Of a DNA stretch of 64,000 nt, positions 38,973 through 47,090 are shown in pieces (position 1 is the first letter of the stretch; each line of letters begins with the position of its first letter). The notes beneath the pieces are model-generated. The model did not search any database and was not told where the DNA came from. It saw nothing but the letters and a program-made list of their open reading frames with translations. Source of the DNA: an uncultured archaeon. Its GTDB lineage: Archaea > Altiarchaeota > Altiarchaeia > IMC4 > SCGC-AAA252-I15. Both the position numbers and the translations under genes were made by a program. The DNA is taken from assembly GCA_964587725.1 (NCBI GenBank), contig CAZPLO010000004.1:1-64000 (forward strand), given 5' to 3'.

Positions 38973-40001
38973 ATGCGCAGAGTCCGGGAACATCACGTAG
39001 ACCGGGGCGGTGACGAGCTCAGGGGCCCCAACATATTCGAGTACGGGGAGATTGTGTCCCAATACCCTCAATCCAGGAAAATACCTTCCCAGGCGTTCGA
39101 GGAAGCCTGCGACACAATAGTGGACGACTTCGAAGCCGCCTTCAGGAAGGAGCATGCGAGGGAGTACGCTGCGGCCGAGTCGATGAGCGGCGACCCCGCG
39201 ACAGTGAAGCTGGTGAGCCGGCTTCCCGTCCACGCCCTCGAAGTGGGACCGGGCACGGGAAGAGCCACCATACCGTGGATTAAAAGAATGGATGAACGCT
39301 TCAGCCTCTCCTACTACGGCGTCGACGTGTCAGACCACATGACCGTGGAGGCGAGGAAAGCCGTCAGCAAAGGCTTCACAGGATATACCGAACCAGTGTA
39401 TGCGGACTTCGGGGGAATCAGCATAACAAACCGGGACATGGCGGATGTGAAAGCTGGCAGGGTCTTCGACACAGCCCTGCTGTCGTTCGTAGCCCACACC
39501 CTCGACGACTTCAAACCCGTGGTGGACAAGGTCCTGGACTGCATGGTCGGCGGAGGCAGGGCGTATTTCATCCGCTCGGACTGCGACTGGTACCGGTTGA
39601 TAGCCGGCGACAGACCAGCCGGCGGAGTGGAGCCTGAAACCACAGCCTTCTGGAGGGAATACGCGCGGGTGAGGGCTGAAAGAGGCCTGCAGCCGCATGA
39701 CGCGGTTAAACGATTGTATGACTTATCAGACGTCAGGGAACACCTTGAATCCAGGGGATGGGGTTTGGACGAGAAAAAAGTTGATGGTTCTAAATACAGC
39801 TTCAGCTACTCGTTCAGGGACTTCCTCGACATGATAGGGGACGGCACATACACGGCGTTAGGCTCCAACCTCAGCGGAGGCGACAGGAAAATGCTCCACG
39901 ACCACATGAGCAGGTGGGTCAGGGAGAACCGGGTGGACTTGGATAAACGGCAGGAGTTCGGATCACGGCTGGTCGTGGCCGTGGCTTCCAGGAGAAGCTA
40001 G
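38973..40001 (+). CDS. class I SAM-dependent methyltransferase
   Basis: LEVGPGTG, GVDVS..M, FD..L.SFVAH. Confidence 0.85.
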   Translation: MRRVREHHVDRGGDELRGPNIFEYGEIVSQYPQSRKIPSQAFEEACDTIVDDFEAAFRKEHAREYAAAESMSGDPATVKLVSRLPVHALEVGPGTGRATIPWIKRMDERFSLSYYGVDVSDHMTVEARKAVSKGFTGYTEPVYADFGGISITNRDMADVKAGRVFDTALLSFVAHTLDDFKPVVDKVLDCMVGGGRAYFIRSDCDWYRLIAGDRPAGGVEPETTAFWREYARVRAERGLQPHDAVKRLYDLSDVREHLESRGWGLDEKKVDGSKYSFSYSFRDFLDMIGDGTYTALGSNLSGGDRKMLHDHMSRWVRENRVDLDKRQEFGSRLVVAVASRRS

Positions 40002-40345
40002 GGCCCCGAAACCGTTAGGGACGGCTTCAGCAGCTTCAACGCCGCCGCCAGCCCGTCGCGGTCGCGCATGTAGTATCGTTTCTCGCCTTCACGGGTCTTG
40101 ATTATCAGCTGGTTGCGGCCGACCCAGAAGATTTTGCTCACCAGCCAGTCGATGTTCTTCAGTTTCACCTCGAGTATGTCGCCGAGCTTCATCACATCCT
40201 GCATCCGCCCCGGCGCATCCTTCATGGGGCGGTTGTAGTGGAACACGAGGCCCTGCTGATACAGAATCAGAGTACCCCACTTCAGCCCGAACGCGCTGCC
40301 GTCGCACACGTCCTTCTCCAGAAACAATATGGTGTCCCTGTCCAT
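39998..40345 (-). CDS. small PH/GRAM-like hypothetical protein
   Basis: GTLILYQQGLVF and NQLIIKT..GEK strand pattern ending in a helix. Confidence 0.55.
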   Translation of the reverse strand: MDRDTILFLEKDVCDGSAFGLKWGTLILYQQGLVFHYNRPMKDAPGRMQDVMKLGDILEVKLKNIDWLVSKIFWVGRNQLIIKTREGEKRYYMRDRDGLAAALKLLKPSLTVSGP

Positions 40346-40424
40346 ACAGAAAGTAATTAGATGCGGGGGGTTAATAGCGTCCACGGCGTCTACTATAAAA
40401 ATGCGTACCCCACATAATGTAACC

Positions 40425-40653
40425 ATGGCATCCGACAGGTGGCTGTGGACCGTACTGGCGGTAGCGTCCATAGCCTACCTCCTGAACCCCGGCATGGGGT
40501 TGTTCGAGTTCATCCCAGACAACCTCCCCCCTGGTGGGGAACCTGGATGAAGCGGGCGCCCTACTACTGTTGCTGCGGAGCCTCGTGGAACTCGGCATAC
40601 TCAAATCCGACAAAGCCGAGAAACTACTCAACCTCCCGGAAAAACTCAAATAA
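40425..40653 (+). pseudogene. DUF1232/YkvA-family membrane protein with +1 frameshift in a C6 run
   Basis: YLLNP...IPDNLP; removing one C at 40526-40531 restores LVGNLDEAG...EKLK*. Confidence 0.75.
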
Positions 40654-40710
40654 TCCAGGAAAAAAAAGCATAAACAATTTAAAATTTTCTATAAACTATT
40701 TAAAAAATCA

Positions 40711-40976
40711 CGCAGAGTCGGAGACCCCGCCATTCTTTCTTTTTTCGTGAACGTTCTTTCTTTCTTTTTAAGAAAGAAAAAAGGTTCGCCGAGGCCGAGA
40801 CCCCGCTCATCTCCGACTCGCTTGCCTCAACCAGGTATGTGACACACTATTGCTTAGACGTGATAAGAAAACGCCGAGGTCGAGATTCCGTCAGACCCTT
40901 CGGACCTGACTTATCTCTCCCCAGTGCGCGATACACATTCGCTCTGATGTGATAAGAATTCGCCGAGGTCGAGATT
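40711..40976 (-). repeat. tRNA-linked degenerate tandem repeat (76-89 bp spacing) carrying copies of the tRNA-Ser 3' end
   Basis: cgccgaggtcgagatt at 40961 and 40872, cgccgaggccgaga at 40787, decayed copy at 40711. Confidence 0.75.
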
Positions 40977-41047
40977 TGAACTCGAGCTCCCTTTTGGGGA
41001 ACACGCTTTCCAGGCGTGCGCGTTAGTCCAGGCTCCGCCACCTCGGC
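40961..41047 (-). tRNA. tRNA-Ser(GGA), intron-less, CCA not encoded
   Basis: acceptor GCCGAGG/CCTCGGC plus G discriminator; anticodon arm CACGC-CTGGAAA-GCGTG; long variable arm; T arm TCGAG-TTCAAAT-CTCGA. Confidence 0.96.
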
Positions 41048-41062
41048 ATGAACGTAAGTGAA

Positions 41063-41103
41063 TGCCGAGGTTAGCAACCCAGAGGGTTGCGCCTGCCTCG
41101 GCA
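41063..41103 (-). other. hairpin upstream of tRNA-Ser that duplicates its acceptor stem
   Basis: TGCCGAGG...GCAACCC-TCT-GGGTTGC...CCTCGGCA; TATA-like TTAAATAT at 41129-41136. Confidence 0.65.
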
Positions 41104-41180
41104 AAGTGTTTTGTGGAGTAAGGCTTTTATATTTAATGCTTCATAGTATTTATTTCACGTTTTAATGTAGTGTGTTTGTT

Positions 41181-41939
41181 ATGAGGGTTTGGGCTTATTT
41201 GATGTTGGGTTTGGCGATTTTCGCCGGTCTGCTGTCGGTTTACATCATCACGGGGTGTGGCGGCGGGAAGGCGGCGGTGGTGAACAACACCGTGTATCCT
41301 GTGGAGGGGCTGCGGGTTGTTTACCTGTATCCTGCCAGGTGCGCGGAATGTGATTTGGCGGTTCCGGGGCAGTGCAGCTACTGCAACTCATACTATGACC
41401 TGCGGCTTATGGATTTGCTGAGTCAGGAGGTGGGTGTGCCGGTGGAGTTCGCGGTCAGCGACATCGTGTCCAAGCCCAACGTGTTCGTCGTGGACGATGG
41501 GAGGGCAACCCTTGGTGACGCGAGGACGAGATGGAACATAGCCAACACATTATGTCGTTTCGCCGGCGTGGAGAAATCATGCCAGCTGTTCAACGAGGAG
41601 TTGGATAGGGTTCGGAACTGCATCGCCGACTACGGGGTTGATGAAAATCAGCTGATTTACCATACCAGCAGCCGCAACTGCCCGGTGTGCACTAGGACTG
41701 ACGGGATAATAGAGGATCTTGTGGACCTGGAGTACAATGACACACTAATGTACAGCGTATACACCGTAGATCACGCAGACCCTGGGGAGAGGAAGATGAT
41801 TACGGAGTGTATGCAGGCGTTCGACTACGTCGACTATGCGCCGCAGCTGCTGTGCCCCGCATCCGGCAGGGATTTGACCGGCGACTTCACCCTCGGACGG
41901 GCCCGCGAATTCGCAGACCAGTGCATTGAAGCAGGCTGA
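41181..41939 (+). CDS. membrane-anchored Cys-rich protein with two thioredoxin-like CxxC segments
   Basis: N-terminal TM; YPARCAEC and CPVC; APQLLC. Confidence 0.65.
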   Translation: MRVWAYLMLGLAIFAGLLSVYIITGCGGGKAAVVNNTVYPVEGLRVVYLYPARCAECDLAVPGQCSYCNSYYDLRLMDLLSQEVGVPVEFAVSDIVSKPNVFVVDDGRATLGDARTRWNIANTLCRFAGVEKSCQLFNEELDRVRNCIADYGVDENQLIYHTSSRNCPVCTRTDGIIEDLVDLEYNDTLMYSVYTVDHADPGERKMITECMQAFDYVDYAPQLLCPASGRDLTGDFTLGRAREFADQCIEAG

Positions 41940-42000
41940 TGGTTCTTTCTCTTTCGCGAACGCTTTTTCTTTATATGTGTGGGGCTCCCTAATTTTATTG

Positions 42001-42534
42001 ATGGTGAAGAGGAAGGAGTTCCACCGGGACAATGTCGGGGGGGAGTTTCCAGAGGGTGTTAAGGATTTTGATGAGACAGGCAGAGTGGAGGTGCGGGGTT
42101 TCCTGCTTCCCCCCGTTCTGATGCATGGGACAACCGCTGAAACAGCCAGGAGAAGGCTGAAAGCCGACGGCGGCTACTCGTGCAGCGGCTTGGGTGTCAT
42201 GGACGCCATCAGCGGCGACACCAGGGCCTGGCCCCAGAACATGCATGGAGTGGACGTTAAAAAAGCCACTGTAGTGTTCTCCACAGCATTGGCTTTCCTG
42301 CCAGAGAAAGGAGGGGATGATTCTGGACTTCAGATTATAAGGGCGCCTAGGGAGGGGGATGCGTTTTCTTCTGCGCACATCAGGTTCAAACGGCCCCCAC
42401 CAGGCTCCTTCGGGATCGTATATGAGGATGAGGATGTGTCGTTTGAAAGAGGCACGCGCCCCTTGAAATCAGGATACGGGGAGAAAATCGATGAACTCAG
42501 AGGACGCCTAATACGGAAGGCTAGGGAGCGGTGA
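42001..42534 (+). CDS. hypothetical protein, possible ADP-ribosyltransferase-like fold
   Basis: start MVKRK; PPVLMHGTT resembles the HGT strand of ART/Tpt1 folds (weak). Confidence 0.5.
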   Translation: MVKRKEFHRDNVGGEFPEGVKDFDETGRVEVRGFLLPPVLMHGTTAETARRRLKADGGYSCSGLGVMDAISGDTRAWPQNMHGVDVKKATVVFSTALAFLPEKGGDDSGLQIIRAPREGDAFSSAHIRFKRPPPGSFGIVYEDEDVSFERGTRPLKSGYGEKIDELRGRLIRKARER

Positions 42535-42536
42535 AT

Positions 42537-45338
42537 TCATTCTATGTAGATGCCGGGCTTCATGGGGGTGGCGTATTTTGTTTTTCCTTCAGGGTCTTCC
42601 GGCGGGTTGACTTTGGCTTCAGCTTCGAACTCCTTCGACAGGAAGTCGGCGGCGTCAGCGAGTGCGGCGGCTTCGTCTTGAGGCGGCAGCATGTGAGCTG
42701 GTATTTCGTCGCGGCGGGTTTTCATCAGCTTCGCAGCATCCTTCCCGTGTTTTTTGATTTCTGGGTCCTGCATGACGTCCTTGATGGACTTGCCGTCAGC
42801 TATCGCCCCAAAGACCTGGTGCTTCCATTCGGGTGCGGTGTAGAAGCTGATTGCTGAAGGCTTCTTCTTCGTCACCTGCAGGATGCTCTGGACGTCCTCC
42901 ATAATATTGGACAAGTATTCTTCAACAGCTTCGACGGACTCGTCGAGCTTGGAGTCGTCGGGGGCGGGGTAGGGTGCGTTGGATGCGAATCCTTCGCCGC
43001 CCATTTTCTCCCACAGTTCCTCGCAGGTGAACGGCGTGAACGGCGTCATCAGACGAACCCATGTGTCGGCGAGCTCCCGCATCACCGTAGGGTTGGGTTC
43101 GCCTCGGCGCATATACCATGCTACGTCGTTGAACAGTTCATAGAATATGGTTTGAAGGGCTTTGCGCGTCTGGAAGCCCTCCAGGGCTTCGGTGGCGTCG
43201 GCTATGCGGCGGTTCAGCCGGGAGATAAGCCAGCGGTCTATGGGCCGCATCTTGGCGTCGCCTTCCATTGCTACTGCGTCTTCGATTATGCGGGTGAACT
43301 GTCTAAGGCGGCGGTTGACGCTCTCCACCAGGTTTTCACGCCAGTCGAAGTCCTGCCAAGGCTCCGCGTTCCCCATCAGGAATAGGCGGACGACGTCGGC
43401 TCCGTGTTGTTCAACAGCCTCTTTGACTAGGATGACGTTGCCTTTGCTGCTGCTCATCTTCTCACCCTCCAGCAGCCCCATCCCGAAGGAGGCTATGCCC
43501 CTGGGCCACTTGTCTGCGTTGAAGAGTGCGCAGTGGTGGAAGAGCATGAATGTGAGGTGGTTTTGCACGAGTTCGAGGGCGCTGCACCGCCAGTCCTGCG
43601 GGTACCAGTAGTCGAATGAAGAGCGGATTTCAATGAGCTTATCCTCGGGTACGCCGGTGGATTCTGCGACGTCCGCTGGTTTGCCTTCGCCCCTGAATGT
43701 GAAGTTGAAGAACTCGACTGTGAGCTGCTCAGGCTTCAAGTCCTTAATGAGGTGTGCTACGGTGTAGTATGCCATGTATATTGTGGAGTCGGACAGCGGC
43801 TCTATCATGAACCGGTCGTCGAGGGGGAGGCGGGTGCCGAGGCCGTAGTTGCGGATGCACGGCCACTCGTGCAGCCAGTCCACGGTGTTCATGTAATCCT
43901 GTTTCGTGCGTTCCGGGATGGTGTTGAGGTTGTGGATTGCTCCGCGGACCGTCTCCTTCCAGTCGGGGTTGCCGTAGTCTATGAACCAGCTGTCCGCCTT
44001 AGCAACCACCACGGTGCCGCCGCACCTGCAGGTTACCGGTTCGCTGAACTCCAGCATCGTGTCGGCGGCGCCTTCATCCAAAAGCTTTTGTTTCATCTTC
44101 TCCTTCGCGCGGACAACAGCCATGCCCTTGTAGGGGCCGCAGTTCTCGTTCATGAACCCGGAGTGGAACCCCTCCTTGTAGACTTCCCGTGTGGCTTCCT
44201 CGAGTTTCTCGGTGTCATGCTGGCTTTTGATGCCCATCCGCTCCACGACGGTTTTAGCGGCTTCGGGGCCGTATCCTTCGATGTTGATGATGGGGATGGT
44301 CTGTATGGGCTTGACCTTGTCGTAGTCTATACCGTGTTTCTGGGAGATGCCTGGATTCTCCTGCAGGTCCTTCAACGCTATCCAGTCGTAGGGTGCGTCG
44401 CTGGGCACTGATGTGACGAGGCCTGTGCCTATTTTTGGGTCGGGGAAATCCGACGGCAGGATGATTATGTCTCGGTCGACTACGGGGGCGCGGCAGTATT
44501 CCCCCAACAGGTCGGCGCCCCTGACCTTATCTTTGACCTCCACCTCCCTGTCCTGGAGGCGCAGCTTTTCGGCGCATTCGGCGCTGACTATCCACGGCTC
44601 CCCCTCCACGTCGGCCTTTACGTATTCGACTCCGGGGTTCACCCACATGTTGGTCTGGCCGTACATGGTTTCGGGGCGGAGGGTTGCGGCTATTATGAAT
44701 GAGTCGCCGTATTTGAACTTCAGGAGCGTGAACTCCTGCACGTCCGCGTCCTCGCCTTCGAGGAGGTCGTGGGTTGTCACAGGGTTCTCGTCTTGGGTGC
44801 AGTATTTCACGGGATGCAGGCCTTTTTTGATGAGACCGCGGCCGTTGAGGGTCATATACTGCCAGGTTATGAATTTGTTGTAGTGGGGGTCGTTGGTGGT
44901 GAACTGCCGGCGCCAGTCTATTGTGTAGCCGAGCTTCTTCATGCTTGGGCGGTAGTGGTTTGAGATGAAGTATTGGGCGAAATCCATAGGCTCCTTAATG
45001 ACGGAGAGCTCGTCGTCGGTCATCCCGTACACTTCCTTCAGCACCCGGAGCTGCTTCTCCTCCCCCTCCTTAAGCCTCTTCAACGCGCCGATAATGGGTG
45101 TGCCGGTGACGTGCCATGCCATCGGGAACAGCACGTTGTAGCCCTGCATCCGCTTGAACCGGGCGATGACGTCGGGTACAGTGTAGGTTCGGGCGTGGCC
45201 GATGTGCATCCCCCCTGAGGGGTATGGGTACGCTACTGTAAGATAGAATGATTCGCGGCCGTCGGGGTCGCTGTCGAAGACACCACCCTCACCCCACCGT
45301 TTAAGCCACTTAGCCTCTGTTTCGGACGCGTCGGACAT
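42537..45338 (-). CDS. leuS: leucine--tRNA ligase (archaeal type)
   Basis: YPYPSGGMHIGH, HDLLEGE, GTGLVTSVPSDAPYD, LSDSTIY, KMSSS. Confidence 0.96.
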   Translation of the reverse strand: MSDASETEAKWLKRWGEGGVFDSDPDGRESFYLTVAYPYPSGGMHIGHARTYTVPDVIARFKRMQGYNVLFPMAWHVTGTPIIGALKRLKEGEEKQLRVLKEVYGMTDDELSVIKEPMDFAQYFISNHYRPSMKKLGYTIDWRRQFTTNDPHYNKFITWQYMTLNGRGLIKKGLHPVKYCTQDENPVTTHDLLEGEDADVQEFTLLKFKYGDSFIIAATLRPETMYGQTNMWVNPGVEYVKADVEGEPWIVSAECAEKLRLQDREVEVKDKVRGADLLGEYCRAPVVDRDIIILPSDFPDPKIGTGLVTSVPSDAPYDWIALKDLQENPGISQKHGIDYDKVKPIQTIPIINIEGYGPEAAKTVVERMGIKSQHDTEKLEEATREVYKEGFHSGFMNENCGPYKGMAVVRAKEKMKQKLLDEGAADTMLEFSEPVTCRCGGTVVVAKADSWFIDYGNPDWKETVRGAIHNLNTIPERTKQDYMNTVDWLHEWPCIRNYGLGTRLPLDDRFMIEPLSDSTIYMAYYTVAHLIKDLKPEQLTVEFFNFTFRGEGKPADVAESTGVPEDKLIEIRSSFDYWYPQDWRCSALELVQNHLTFMLFHHCALFNADKWPRGIASFGMGLLEGEKMSSSKGNVILVKEAVEQHGADVVRLFLMGNAEPWQDFDWRENLVESVNRRLRQFTRIIEDAVAMEGDAKMRPIDRWLISRLNRRIADATEALEGFQTRKALQTIFYELFNDVAWYMRRGEPNPTVMRELADTWVRLMTPFTPFTCEELWEKMGGEGFASNAPYPAPDDSKLDESVEAVEEYLSNIMEDVQSILQVTKKKPSAISFYTAPEWKHQVFGAIADGKSIKDVMQDPEIKKHGKDAAKLMKTRRDEIPAHMLPPQDEAAALADAADFLSKEFEAEAKVNPPEDPEGKTKYATPMKPGIYIE

Positions 45339-45344
45339 AATGGA

Positions 45345-45371
45345 AGAGAATATGGAATCCAACATTAATAA
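45345..45371 (-). promoter_or_regulatory. leuS promoter: TATA-like box plus 14-bp motif shared with valS
   Basis: agagaatatggaat (45345-45358), 5 nt, attaataa. Confidence 0.6.
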
Positions 45372-45377
45372 TGCTTA

Positions 45378-46523
45378 TTAAGGCTTGAAAGACCGCATAC
45401 GCTCCAGCGCCTCTTTTATGGTGTCGCGTGACACCGAGTAGCTGCATCTCACGTACCCTCCTCCGCTGTCGCCGAAGGTGTTGCCTGGGACCACCGCCAC
45501 CTTCGCTTCGTCGAGGAGGCGTTGGGCGAAGTCGTCGCTGTTTAAGCCGGTTTCACGTATGTTGGGGAAGGCGTAGAACGCGCCCTTCGGCGTGATGCAT
45601 GATACGCCGGCGAGTTCGTTCAAACCCTTCACCAGCAGCCGGCGTCTCGCGTCGTATTCCTTCACCATGTCTTTCACGTACTTGGAGCATTTGTCGAACG
45701 CCAGTGCGGCGTACTGGGCGACGGTGGGGGCGCTGAGCATCGTGTACTGGTGTATCTTCATCATCGCCTCAATAACCTCCGACGGACCTGCGGCGTATCC
45801 TAGGCGCCACCCCGTGAACGCGTAGCCTTTGCTGAAGCCGTTGATTGTTACCGTCCGGCAGGCCATGCCGTCGAATGAGCCTATGCTGTGGTGTTTCACG
45901 CCGTCGTAGAGGAGGTGTTCGTAGAGTTCGTCGGATATCACTGTCAGGTCGTGTTCGACCACCAGGTCGGCGATGTCCTCCAGGCCCTTCTTGTCCAGTA
46001 CGCTGCCTGTGGGGTTGTTCGGCGACGCGACGATGATGGCCTTGGTTTTGTCGGTGAGCTTGTCCTCCACATCCCCTACCTGCACGCGGAAGTCGTGTTC
46101 CTCGTTCATGGGCACCGGCACGGGCGTGCAGTGGGCGAACCACACACACGGCTTATATGATACGTAGCTTGGTTCGGGGACGAGGACTTCGTCGCCGGGA
46201 TCCAGTATCGCGCGGAACACCAAATCCAACGCCTCGCTGGTTCCTGTGGTTACGAGGACCTGGGTTTCCGGGTCCGCGTCGAGGTCGTTGTCTTTCTTCA
46301 GCTTGGATGAAATCTTCTCACGCAACTCCAAAAGACCGTAGTTGCTGGTGTAGTTGTTGTAGTCTGACTCGATGGAGTTTATGCCCGCAGCCTTCATGGG
46401 GTCGGGTGTGGGGAAATCCGGTTCGCCGACGCCGAGGCTGACCACGTCCTTCCTCTTCGACACCACGTCGAAGAACCTCCTGATACCTGAGAAAGGTATT
46501 TTGTCAACGCGCTCCGAAATCAT
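45378..46523 (-). CDS. PLP-dependent aminotransferase class I/II
   Basis: SGIRRFF, GEPDF, PNNPTG, SDELY, GFSKGYAFTGWRLG. Confidence 0.93.
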   Translation of the reverse strand: MISERVDKIPFSGIRRFFDVVSKRKDVVSLGVGEPDFPTPDPMKAAGINSIESDYNNYTSNYGLLELREKISSKLKKDNDLDADPETQVLVTTGTSEALDLVFRAILDPGDEVLVPEPSYVSYKPCVWFAHCTPVPVPMNEEHDFRVQVGDVEDKLTDKTKAIIVASPNNPTGSVLDKKGLEDIADLVVEHDLTVISDELYEHLLYDGVKHHSIGSFDGMACRTVTINGFSKGYAFTGWRLGYAAGPSEVIEAMMKIHQYTMLSAPTVAQYAALAFDKCSKYVKDMVKEYDARRRLLVKGLNELAGVSCITPKGAFYAFPNIRETGLNSDDFAQRLLDEAKVAVVPGNTFGDSGGGYVRCSYSVSRDTIKEALERMRSFKP

Positions 46524-46530
46524 TGTGTGG

Positions 46531-47010
46531 TCAGCTGACTGGGAGCCGCTTCCGCCTGGCCTCGTGGAAGACGGCGCCGTCCCGTTTGAACTCCTTCAGT
46601 ATCACGTGCGTGTATGTTCCCGTGACCTCCTTCATGGGCGCGAGCTTTTCGGTAACGAACTCGCTTATTTCGTCGATGTCGTCCGCACGCACGGTAACCA
46701 TCAAATCGTATTTACCGGAGGTGATGAGGACGTCGGACACACGCTTGTCCTTGGCTATGTCGTCGCAGACCTTGTCGAAGCCCGTCTTCCGCTGCGGCAC
46801 CACCTTAACCTGTATGACCGCCACAGCTTTTTTCCCGTCGACCTTACGCCAGTCGATTATCGCGTTGTAGCCCTTTATCACTCCCCTCTCGGACAAATCC
46901 TTCAACGCCTCCTCAACCTCCTCTTCTGAGGAGTCTAGCATGATGGCTAAATCAGCCGTCGAAATCCGCGCATCCGCTTCCAGAAGCTCCAGCAACCTCA
47001 CATTATCCAT
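46531..47010 (-). CDS. Lrp/AsnC family transcriptional regulator
   Basis: DARISTADLA HTH, GVIKGY, SGKYDL, TYTHVIL. Confidence 0.92.
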   Translation of the reverse strand: MDNVRLLELLEADARISTADLAIMLDSSEEEVEEALKDLSERGVIKGYNAIIDWRKVDGKKAVAVIQVKVVPQRKTGFDKVCDDIAKDKRVSDVLITSGKYDLMVTVRADDIDEISEFVTEKLAPMKEVTGTYTHVILKEFKRDGAVFHEARRKRLPVS

Positions 47011-47090
47011 CAAAAACACCCCGTGAGTTAAAGATACGGCTTAAACCAATAAAAATAGCCGATTTAAAGGTGTCCTTCGTAGAATAAGGT

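Noticed and set aside
40711-40976. CRISPR array
   Set aside because: Repeats are tRNA 3' ends, the intervening units are homologous to each other, and no cas genes are present
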